DNA of 63,035 bases, filler included, from Methanobacteriota archaeon (GTDB taxonomy: Archaea; JACRDV01), in assembly GCA_024860865.1 (NCBI GenBank). It is 4 parts of 4 records of this genome, joined end to end, with 100 filler letters (N's around TTAATTAATTAA, not from the genome) between each part and the next. Parts side by side here need not be neighbours in the genome. Positions count along the whole stretch, not along the records: positions 26,494 to 31,482 come from JACRDV010000065.1; positions 31,583 to 60,173 come from JACRDV010000067.1; 2 more parts are not named here. One strand, given 5' to 3'. The notes beneath the pieces were generated by a model. That model was not told the DNA's origin. It ran no database searches and worked only from the letters and a program-made list of their open reading frames with translations. Position numbers and translations under genes: made by a program. Positions 28,007-36,331 of this stretch are shown in pieces. How positions within the stretch are numbered: the first letter of the stretch is position 1; each line of letters begins with the position of its first letter.

Positions 28007-28672
28007 TTAAAAACTAATTAGATACGGCAAAATTCTTTCCAAATTCTTCTCCTTTATTGCAATATTTGTTTCTTTTTGAACTTCAGGTGGAGCATTAAAT
28101 GCAATGCTAAGGCCCGCCTCTTTGAACATGCATATGTTGCTTGAATCATCGCCTATTGCTGCACAATCCTTTATCGGGATTCCCTCTGCCTTTGCAATAT
28201 TGAGAAGAGCATCTCTTTTGCAAACGGAGTATTTTTTACAGTAGGGAAGTTCATAAGAGCATCTTTTCATGGATATATTTCCGGTTAAGACTCCATCTAA
28301 CACTTCGAGTTCATTCGCAATTATGTGATCTAATCCTAAAATCCTTTGAAGGCGCTCAGCAACTAAAGTATAACTGATGCTTACAAGAGCGAGTTTGTAG
28401 CCAACTTCTTTTAGCTTTTGTAACGTTTCAACTGCTTTTGGCATTAAAGGAACTGTTTCTGCAACCTTTTTAACTTCTTCAGCACGCAGACCTTTTAAGA
28501 GCCTCGCAACTGCTTGAGTCTCTTTATATTTCTCGGAAAATTTCCCTTTAAGTTCTAAAAACTGCTTCTCAAATTCAAAAGCTCTGGCCAAAGCGATAAT
28601 AGTTCGACCATCTAAAAGTGTATTGTCCATATCAAAAATAGCTAATTTAAATTTCGCCTGTTTCACTGACAA
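28007..28672 (-). CDS. HAD-IB (SerB-like) phosphatase
   Basis: FDMDNTL, IGDDSSN, AGLSIAFNA. Confidence 0.88.
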   Translation of the reverse strand: MSVKQAKFKLAIFDMDNTLLDGRTIIALARAFEFEKQFLELKGKFSEKYKETQAVARLLKGLRAEEVKKVAETVPLMPKAVETLQKLKEVGYKLALVSISYTLVAERLQRILGLDHIIANELEVLDGVLTGNISMKRCSYELPYCKKYSVCKRDALLNIAKAEGIPIKDCAAIGDDSSNICMFKEAGLSIAFNAPPEVQKETNIAIKEKNLERILPYLISF

Positions 28673-29378
28673 TACCTTCGGCCAATAAGCGGAACTCAGG
28701 TTTTATTAATCTTCCGTATTCATGTGCTTTTTGGATTATTGTAGCTGCAACCTGTTTAGCCATCGGGATTAGTTCGTGTAAAGGCTTCATAATGTGGTTT
28801 TTAAAACCTAGATGAACCTCTTTTACTTTGGCCCCCAGCATAAAGGCATCTATTAGAAGGGCAACATCAATGCCCCAGTCTTCTACAAATTTAATCTTTT
28901 CAAAAAAACTCTTTTTTCCCGCAAACTCACCGCTGAGTGGCTGTGAGAATTTTAGTTCTGGAAAAAGTAGCTCTAAGAGAGGTTTAGCTGTAAGCTCTGT
29001 GACTCTGCCTGCTTTTCTCTCAAAGGTACCTTTAACAAAGTCATAATCCTCATATAGGATTGGTTTGGCAAGCAAGTTGATGAATTTAGGGGTAATATTC
29101 ATTATATCCGCATCAAGGAAGACTACAATATTTCCCTTAGCCTCTCTCACACCCGTTTGAAGGGCTACCCCTTTTCCAGGGTACATCCTTTTTTCCTGAA
29201 GTATGACTCGGGCTCCAGCCCTTTCAGCTTCTTTGATGGTATTATCTGAGGAGTAACCATCGACAACTATAACCTCGGTAACGTAATGAATGCCCTTAGC
29301 TACCCCAATCACTTTGCCTATTGTTTCTTCTTCCTCGTATGCCGGTATAACTACAGTTACCTCTTCCATTTTTGGCAC
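28647..29378 (-). CDS. gpgS: GT-A glycosyltransferase, glucosyl-3-phosphoglycerate synthase-like
   Basis: GKG.AL, FLDAD, GRVTELTAKPLL, QPLSGEFA, WGIDVALLID. Confidence 0.75.
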   Translation of the reverse strand: MPKMEEVTVVIPAYEEEETIGKVIGVAKGIHYVTEVIVVDGYSSDNTIKEAERAGARVILQEKRMYPGKGVALQTGVREAKGNIVVFLDADIMNITPKFINLLAKPILYEDYDFVKGTFERKAGRVTELTAKPLLELLFPELKFSQPLSGEFAGKKSFFEKIKFVEDWGIDVALLIDAFMLGAKVKEVHLGFKNHIMKPLHELIPMAKQVAATIIQKAHEYGRLIKPEFRLLAEGIVSETGEI

Positions 29379-29627
29379 AAAAAATTTAAGACTAAATTTA
29401 TTTTATATGTAATAATATAAAAAATTTTTCATCAGATAAATAAAAGATTAATTGATTAAAAAATTTTGTCTGACAAAAAAAATGGATATAATATGATAAA
29501 TTCGATTAAAATTTAAATCCATTGGAAAGTGTATAGAAGAAGGAAAAGCGATGCCCTTAGAGCATTTTATACTTGAAAAAGATTAAATGGAACAAAATAA
29601 GAAATTTTTTAACAAAACAATGATTTT

Positions 29628-29954
29628 TCATTTAAAACCATGAAGCTCTTTGAAAAATCTTTTAATGGCTTTAGTGAGTTCGTTATCCATGTTTAATAAG
29701 TACAATTTCATTCTTCCAATTTCCCGCTCGTTGATTACTTTTCTCTTGACTAAAGACTCGATTGCTTTGATAACTCCGGTCGGCGAAATTTTAGCCTTTT
29801 TTGCCAATTCAAGCTCATAAAACTCTTTTTCAGGGTTTGAAATCAATGTGTGCAGAATTCTAATCTTACTTTTCGATCCAACCAATTCTTCGATCATCTT
29901 TGTTTCGCTGTTCTTAGGCGCTCGCATAGTTCCCCTCTTATTGGTCTTCTTCAA
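29628..29954 (-). CDS. Winged-HTH protein
   Basis: GSKSKIRIL...ELAKKAKIS...IGRMKLY. Confidence 0.75.
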   Translation of the reverse strand: MKKTNKRGTMRAPKNSETKMIEELVGSKSKIRILHTLISNPEKEFYELELAKKAKISPTGVIKAIESLVKRKVINEREIGRMKLYLLNMDNELTKAIKRFFKELHGFK

Positions 29955-30189
29955 CAGTAACCCCTCATATTAATATTTTTAACTAAAGTTTAGGTGTTTA
30001 AACAAATAATAAAGTTAAGTTTATTTTGCCTTTTTTAGGGATTTGAAGCCATTTTATAGGATTTAAATTAGCGTAAGTTTATAGGAAATTATTTTTCAGA
30101 AATCTTAATAATTAAGAACTGAACAGCAGGTGTCCAAAATTTTATAGTGAGTAACGAAAATATTATTAAAAATGATCTAAGTGGGCCCA

Positions 30190-30367
30190 GGGCCCGTAAG
30201 CGGAATCTTCCGCCGGGATGCTCAGCTTGGTTAGAGCGTCCGAGGAAATAACTCCGGCGAAGCTCATAACCGGATGGTCAGTTGGATGAACTGAGCTCAG
30301 AGGCTTCTATTGGCTTGAGCAGACTCATCCTCCCTAAAAACCGGTTCAAATCCGGTCGGGCCCACCA
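30190..30367 (+). tRNA. tRNA-Ile2(CAT) with three introns: 30199-30219 (9/10), 30243-30261 (30/31), 30280-30339 (48/49); CCA encoded
   Basis: The spliced 78-nt product folds as a complete cloverleaf and every junction lies in a BHB. A GGGCCCG acceptor stem favours Ile2 over Met. Confidence 0.88.
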
Positions 30368-30485
30368 GTTTTGAATACACGTAAGCGAGCAACTTATCAT
30401 TTATGAAATCGTTAAATCTACGGCAAAAGATTTTAAACCTAATAAAAGGAATTATTTCTAGTGCTCCGGTCAGCCGGGCGCTGCT

Positions 30486-30651
30486 GCTCCAGGTTCGACA
30501 AGAATCGGCAAAGGTAGTCTAGCCCGGTCAAAACTCTCAGTTGCCGGTAGGATTTCGGCCTTAACAGGTTAGTTTTTCTAATCTATGGCCAATCGAGCCG
30601 GAGACACGGGTTCAAAGGAGAAATTCTCTGAAAATCCCGTCCGGAGCACCA
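30486..30651 (+). tRNA. tRNA-Glu(TTC) with four introns: 30491-30512 (5/6), 30531-30548 (20b/21), 30563-30592 (34/35), 30617-30634 (59/60); CCA encoded
   Basis: Spliced 78-nt product GCTCCGGTAGTCTAGCCCGGTCAAGGATTTCGGCCTTTCGAGCCGGAGACACGGGTTCAAATCCCGTCCGGAGCACCA; four BHB motifs. Confidence 0.92.
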
Positions 30652-30704
30652 CTATTTTTGAGAAATTACTTTAAATGAAAGCAAACTTATTGTTTTATAT
30701 CGTT

Positions 30705-30819
30705 GCGGGGGTGTTCCGAGCGGTCAAAGGAGCTGGAGGTTTGCACTCAGGTGTAGATCGGCGAAGCTTAGGACCCAGTGGGCGTAGGCCCTTCCAGGGT
30801 TCAAATCCCTGCCCCCGCA
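30705..30819 (+). tRNA. tRNA-Leu(TAG) with one intron, 30737-30765 (30/31)
   Basis: GCGGGGG/CCCCCGC acceptor, long variable arm, BHB with one A.G mismatch. Confidence 0.9.
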
Positions 30820-30883
30820 CTATTTTTACTTCTTTTTAGAAAATAAGCTCAAATTGCGTATATGATAGAAAAATAATGGTAAA

Positions 30884-31303
30884 TTATTCACTTTTCAATA
30901 TCTCTGCCATTTCAGCAGCTGTTACAATCTTTATTCCTTTATATTCCCGCAGGTTCAGGAGATGCTTGTCCCTGGAGACTATATAGTCTGCTTTTCCCTC
31001 CACAGCGCATTCGATTACCATGTTATCACTTAGGTCAGCTTGAATCACATCCAGCTTTATCCGAGGATTAATGATTCGGGACATGGAATATATCTTGTTC
31101 ATGATCACTTTCACGGTCTGACCAGATCTTTCAATTATAGGCTTCAGCTTTTAGTCTTCCAGGACCTCTTCTACCTCCTCTAAAATGCCCACTGAAAGTA
31201 AGAGTTCGCCTTCTCCAGAGTCAATTCTTTCTAGGAGTTCTGATGGTTTTCCCTTCCAAAGAAACCCTGAAACAATGACGTTAGTGTCAAGGACAATCCT
31301 CAT
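30884..31303 (-). pseudogene. PIN-domain toxin with an in-frame TAA at 31151-31153
   Basis: MRIVLDTNV...VLED*KLKP...DNMVIECAVEGKADYIVS. Confidence 0.88.
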
Positions 31304-31482
31304 TTCCCAGCCCTTGTCTTTCTTATTAACTCCTCCAGGTCCGCTTCTTTAAATCCCGCCTTTTTAATCTCCCTTTGGATGGGAGCAGCTATCTCCTTAA
31401 AAGTCTTCTCAAGGGCCGTCCTCTCTATCTTCTTAAAAAGGATAGTATCATCTTTTCCAAAGACCAGAAATCTATCGGAAGG
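31300..31482 (-). CDS. AbrB-type antitoxin, 5' truncated by the contig edge
   Basis: FLVFGKDDTILFKKI...; stop overlaps the PIN start; similar to 21857-22120. Confidence 0.8.
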   Translation of the reverse strand, partial: PSDRFLVFGKDDTILFKKIERTALEKTFKEIAAPIQREIKKAGFKEADLEELIRKTRAGK

Positions 31483-31582
31483 NNNNNNNNNNNNNNNNNN
31501 NNNNNNNNNNNNNNNNNNNNNNNNNNTTAATTAATTAANNNNNNNNNNNNNNNNNNNNNNNNNNNNNNNNNNNNNNNNNNNN
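31483..31582. other. Artificial contig linker
   Basis: N44-TTAATTAATTAA-N44. Confidence 0.99.
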
Positions 31583-31822
31583 AGAAAGAAAACCCAAAAT
31601 TTATTCACAAAAACAAGTTAGGTCATTTTGGGTTATTATTTTGTTTCTTGTGCTTTTAGGATTATTTTTTGTTTTTATTTCATTTTATTTGTAATTTAGA
31701 CTGATATTTTAAAAACCTTGACGATTCAACTAAATTAATTGTTAATTTGGCAACTAAATCAGAATCATTTCAAAAAACATTTTTAGGTGATGTAAACATA
31801 ACAGGAAATAGCTAATTCGATT

Positions 31823-33124
31823 GTGGTTAATACTATGTCAAAAGAAACAGTGATTGCAGACAAATGGGGCAAATTCATCTTTCGACCTGGAGAAATACCT
31901 GAGTATGTTATTGATAATGCCAAAAGTATTGAAACCTATAAAACTTTTTCAAAACTTGCGCCTCTAATGGAAAATGATAATTTAGAAGAAATAATGATCG
32001 ATGGTGTTGGCACACCTGTATTTGTTTTCCATAAAAAATATGGCGCATGCAAAACCAATATAATGTTCGATAATGATGTTGATATTTACAACCTTGCCTA
32101 TAAAATTGCATCAACAATTGGAAGAAGAATTGATAGGAATGCACCACTTTTAGATGCTAGAATTCCAGGAGGGTACCGAGTTAATGTTGCAACAACACCA
32201 GTTGCTATTAGGGGAACTACTATAACAATTCGTAAGTTAGCAAGGCGTTTATCCATATATGATCTTTTGAAGTCTAAAACGTTAGACACCACAGTTGCAG
32301 CGTACCTTTGGGTTTGTATTGAAGGGATGTTATATTCACCTCTTAGTACACTATTTGTTGGGCCAACAGCATCAGGGAAAACTACTATTATGAATGCATT
32401 TGCTAACCTTTTGCCTCAAAACCATAGAGTCGTCTCTATTGAGGATATAGCAGAAATAAATTTACCATATTCTCCTCATTGGGTGCAACTTGAATCTAGA
32501 CCACCTGAAATCGATGGTACCGGTGCTATTACGATGAACATGCTTTTGATAAATGCACTAAGAATGCGCCCAGACAGAATTATTGTTGGGGAAGTTCGTG
32601 GGGAAGAGGCCTACACGTTATTCGCAGCAATGAATGTTGGACATAAAGGGGTATTGGGAACACTTCACTGCAATTCAGTAAAGGAAGTGCTTGCTCGAAT
32701 AACTTCTCCCCCAATGAGTGTCCCAGTCGAGATGGCATCTGCTTTAGATTTATTAGTTATGCTTAGCAGGTATTACACGGCTGATGGAATAATCCGCAGA
32801 GTTTTTGAAATTGCAGAACTAGCAGGCACAGAGGAGGGTATGCCACAGATGAACCTAGTGTATAGATACTCGATAGCTCACGATACAATTAAAGATACAG
32901 GTGTACCAAAAAGAAGTATTCAAACTATCGCTAGTGCTATAGGGTTAAGATCAGCAGAGGTGATCGAAGAAATAGAACAACGTAAGACTATTTTTGAGAC
33001 ATTATTGGAATATAATGTGAGTGAACCGCAAACAATCTATAAGTTGGTTCAAGCTTATTATCAGGATAAGTCATATGCAATGGAATATCTAAATGATATC
33101 ACACGTCCTTTAAAAAGTGATTGA
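31823..33124 (+). CDS. CpaF/VirB11-family (type IV pilus/secretion) ATPase
   Basis: GPTASGKT, SIED, LRMRPDRIIVGEVRG, GH..GTLH. Confidence 0.93.
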   Translation: MVNTMSKETVIADKWGKFIFRPGEIPEYVIDNAKSIETYKTFSKLAPLMENDNLEEIMIDGVGTPVFVFHKKYGACKTNIMFDNDVDIYNLAYKIASTIGRRIDRNAPLLDARIPGGYRVNVATTPVAIRGTTITIRKLARRLSIYDLLKSKTLDTTVAAYLWVCIEGMLYSPLSTLFVGPTASGKTTIMNAFANLLPQNHRVVSIEDIAEINLPYSPHWVQLESRPPEIDGTGAITMNMLLINALRMRPDRIIVGEVRGEEAYTLFAAMNVGHKGVLGTLHCNSVKEVLARITSPPMSVPVEMASALDLLVMLSRYYTADGIIRRVFEIAELAGTEEGMPQMNLVYRYSIAHDTIKDTGVPKRSIQTIASAIGLRSAEVIEEIEQRKTIFETLLEYNVSEPQTIYKLVQAYYQDKSYAMEYLNDITRPLKSD

Positions 33125-33171
33125 GTTTTTAAAAAATTTAAAAAAATTTTAAGTAAAGAATAAGAAGAAAG

Positions 33172-33414
33172 TTAAGTTGTTGCTGCTGAAGATTTATAAA
33201 GCTCATATCCAAATAAAATAAAGAAAATTCCGCACGCTAAATAAACAGATCCTAAGCCAAAAGCTGATGCAATGGAAAATGGAGTAGCCCGAGCAGCTGC
33301 AAGTCCAAGCTGTATTATTTCAATTCCACTGAGAAGGAAGTTAATCGACCAAAAAAATTGAATAATCCCATATAATATTGCTGCAATTGCACCATATTTT
33401 TTTAGTTTTTGCAT
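33172..33414 (-). CDS. Small 2-TM membrane protein
   Basis: GGAGG RBS, hydrophobic. Confidence 0.65.
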   Translation of the reverse strand: MQKLKKYGAIAAILYGIIQFFWSINFLLSGIEIIQLGLAAARATPFSIASAFGLGSVYLACGIFFILFGYELYKSSAATT

Positions 33415-33747
33415 TTTTAACCTCCGAGCTCTTTTACATTGCACTGCACGTTTGCCTCTACCATTACTTTAAGCTTTTGAAATGCGAAATGCCTTCTATA
33501 AGACATTCTCGGGCTAAAATCAGAATTAACTGATTATTTCACTAATTTATTGCCTGCTCTTGAAATCCAATTTAAAACTAAAAAACTTGAGACTATTTTT
33601 TTGATGAATGGTGCGTGTTATCTAGCATGAGATCTTAGTTTGTCAGACACCCGTCTTAAACACTCTAAAATATTTGTTTTTAAATTACTATTATTATAAA
33701 GAAAATAATATTTTAGAACGAATTCCAAAATAAGTGAAATGATTTAA

Positions 33748-34167
33748 ATGCCATTAAATCGACTAGTGATATTTTCTGTTGTTGTGGTTGCACTTTTAGC
33801 TATAATCTTTTTTGTTGAGTTTAATACTGGTGTTGAGAAAGACGATTTAAAAGTTGTATGGGATATAAAACCTGATAAAACAATTGACCTAAAAGTACAA
33901 AATGAAGCCCAGCTGTTAGTTACAATTGAAAACATTGGAAAAGGGCCTGAAACAGTGAAAGTAAAATTAAATCTCACAGAAGGGATTACTTGCGATAGTG
34001 TTGAAGAATCTACTGGCACTCTAAAACCAGAGGAAGAGAGAAGATTTTCTTTTAAGTTTAAAATTAATAACAATTCTTTGCCAGGCAAGTACAGAATTGA
34101 CTTAAATGTAACAAGTGCAACTGGAGACTCGCTTTTAGCAAAAGTTTTCTTAAACGTGATCAAATAG
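33748..34167 (+). CDS. Membrane-anchored Ig-like protein
   Basis: N-terminal TM; VTIENIG, LKPEE, PGKYRI pattern. Confidence 0.7.
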   Translation: MPLNRLVIFSVVVVALLAIIFFVEFNTGVEKDDLKVVWDIKPDKTIDLKVQNEAQLLVTIENIGKGPETVKVKLNLTEGITCDSVEESTGTLKPEEERRFSFKFKINNNSLPGKYRIDLNVTSATGDSLLAKVFLNVIK

Positions 34168-34168
34168 G

Positions 34169-34468
34169 TTATAGGATCTCATAGGTTTCGTCAGTGGGTA
34201 GTCCTTTCTCCAGTAATTTCTTTTGATATTCTTCCTGAGACAAAGCCGGAACATAAATTTTAGCCCTTCCCCTTAACCCAACTGCCTTCAAAAAACCAGC
34301 TTCTTCAAGTTTTACTAAGGCTTCAGAAGCCTCTCGAGTGCCAGCATTGCTAGATTCCACATTTCTCTTCAGAAAATGTTGGACATTATTAACTACATCG
34401 TAAACAGTAATTTGGTTGCTTTGATAAGCTAGTTTCATAATTTGTTCATAGTGATAAATTGAGACCAT
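34169..34468 (-). CDS. Small winged-helix-like protein
   Basis: ALVKLEEAGFLK...GRAKIY. Confidence 0.55.
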   Translation of the reverse strand: MVSIYHYEQIMKLAYQSNQITVYDVVNNVQHFLKRNVESSNAGTREASEALVKLEEAGFLKAVGLRGRAKIYVPALSQEEYQKKLLEKGLPTDETYEIL

Positions 34469-34479
34469 TTAAAAGGCCT

Positions 34480-34791
34480 CTATTTCTTTAGGAGCGGGGT
34501 TGGCTTTCTGAGTGCAGGAATTTCAAAGGGCTTATTTAAAAGAACAACTTCTCCAATTCGCTGGATATTTTCCCAAGGCACTTCTCCTTCGTAAACTCTC
34601 TGCTGAGGCTCTCCTTTTCCAGGGGCTTGGCCAATTAGAAGCGATTTAACTTTGCCTTCGCCAGTTATCCTTATGTTTCGGATATATCCGACCTTGTTTC
34701 CTACCGCGTCAATAACTTCCTTTCCAACCAGCTCGTCAGGAGTATATTCAGGAGCTTCAACCAAATTTTTCACCTCAATTTGCATTATCAC
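34480..34791 (-). CDS. PRC-barrel domain protein
   Basis: LVGKEVID..G.KVG.I, VPWENIQRIGEVVLL. Confidence 0.88.
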   Translation of the reverse strand: MIMQIEVKNLVEAPEYTPDELVGKEVIDAVGNKVGYIRNIRITGEGKVKSLLIGQAPGKGEPQQRVYEGEVPWENIQRIGEVVLLNKPFEIPALRKPTPLLKK

Positions 34792-34901
34792 TTTAATATT
34801 TAATACTTAAAGATAGCACTTTATTATTTGAAATCTGCCCTAAAAAGGCATCGATTAGAGATTAGAAATTTGCTAAAAAAAATAAAAAAACAATAAACCT
34901 C

Positions 34902-35207
34902 TTAAAATTTATAGGATTTGGCTATTTCTGCTGTTTTCTTTGCAGCTAAAAGAAATGCAATAAAAGCCCCTATTTCAAGGATGTATTCTGGATACACAAC
35001 GGACTCTCCAAATGCTTCCTCCAACCCAAAGTGTTCTCTTACGAAATGCGATATGACAGAAAGCAAGAGAAATACTAAACTAATGGAGAACCTTGAGAAC
35101 ACCGCTCTATGAAGCAATTTGTGCGTAGATCTGTACAATAAAATAAGAGAAAAAGTTCCAACAATTATCGTTGTAATAGCAAACGCATAGTGTAGAGGCC
35201 CTAGCAT
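34902..35207 (-). CDS. Small 3-TM membrane protein
   Basis: Hydrophobicity. Confidence 0.65.
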   Translation of the reverse strand: MLGPLHYAFAITTIIVGTFSLILLYRSTHKLLHRAVFSRFSISLVFLLLSVISHFVREHFGLEEAFGESVVYPEYILEIGAFIAFLLAAKKTAEIAKSYKF

Positions 35208-35631
35208 TTTATCACAAATAGTTTAGTGTATAAAAAAGGTTTTCATTTAATAATATTTTTTCCATATGTATGTGTGTTCGACTTATTAGATTTTAATATT
35301 TTAGTAAGTTTATGTCCTAAATATTATAATGCATTTAGATAATAGTTCAAACTTTTCTAGAGTTACCATTTTCCTCGTGAAAGTTAAATCAAATCGAGCA
35401 TTTTTTGAATTTATCCTTACTCTAATTGAGCTTTTGGAGAGTTTTATCCAGAAGTTGACTATTTTTAGATATAGCTCTTTCATGCATCAAAATCCAACGT
35501 ATGTTGCAGTTTCTAGGATTTTTTTGTAAGCTATTTGTAATGATTCTAATTTGTTGATTTGTGGCTATTATTTTTGCAATAACTAAATAACTATTTACTT
35601 CATGAAAAATACTTTATCATAAGGTGAAAAA

Positions 35632-36306
35632 ATGAAATTCCCAAGCTTCTTAAGCATATTTGCTAGCAAAGAAAGAGAAGTAATTAATTTGTTGATAGAA
35701 CATCTTACAGACATAAGAGAAGTCATAAGGGCGCTTCATAATGCTTTAGCTAATATGTGCGAAAAGAGTGATGAAACATTACTAGCTGTTGAAAATGTTT
35801 TTAAATTTGAAGATGAAGCAGATGAAGTGAAGCGGAAAATAAGCGCAAGACTTGCCATAGGTGCTTTTCTTCCAGCAACCCGTGAAGATCTATTTAAGTT
35901 TGTTTCTCACGTAGATGAAATTGCTACCGGGGCTGAAGAACTAGCTGTACTAATAAAAATACAAAAAGGTCGTATAGTTGGCAATCCAATTAAAGGACAA
36001 ATTTTATTTAGTAGCGATTTGGCCCTTGCTACGGTAAGTAAATTGCGCGAGGCTACAATTGTTCTTTTGGAAGCACCCGGTAAAGAGGATGCAGCAGGCA
36101 TATTAAAAGAACTACATGAGTATGAACATCAAGTTGACATAATTAAAAATGAGGCATATTCCATTTTAATGGAACAATCGGGCCAACTTGGATACATGCA
36201 TTTTTGGCTGCTTAAAGAAGTTATCGATAAGATTGAAGGCATCTCAAATGCAACAGAGTCTGCGGCTGAAACTTTAGTTGCAATGACGATGGCTCGCAGA
36301 TTGTGA
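35632..36306 (+). CDS. DUF47 (PhoU-like) phosphate transport regulator
   Basis: EDEADEVKR, REDL, EHQVD; adjacent to the PiT gene. Confidence 0.9.
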   Translation: MKFPSFLSIFASKEREVINLLIEHLTDIREVIRALHNALANMCEKSDETLLAVENVFKFEDEADEVKRKISARLAIGAFLPATREDLFKFVSHVDEIATGAEELAVLIKIQKGRIVGNPIKGQILFSSDLALATVSKLREATIVLLEAPGKEDAAGILKELHEYEHQVDIIKNEAYSILMEQSGQLGYMHFWLLKEVIDKIEGISNATESAAETLVAMTMARRL

Positions 36307-36331
36307 ACACTTATATAATTGAGGCTTTTTT

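Noticed and set aside
30463..30515. tRNA-Glu starting at the first GCTCCGG, with a fifth nested intron
   Set aside because: No register of the duplicated segment forms a BHB central helix; the leader interpretation fits better.
30555..30570. tRNA-Leu(TAA) reading of the second tRNA
   Set aside because: TAA arises from the exon-intron junction; the acceptor stem and short variable loop are Glu-type.
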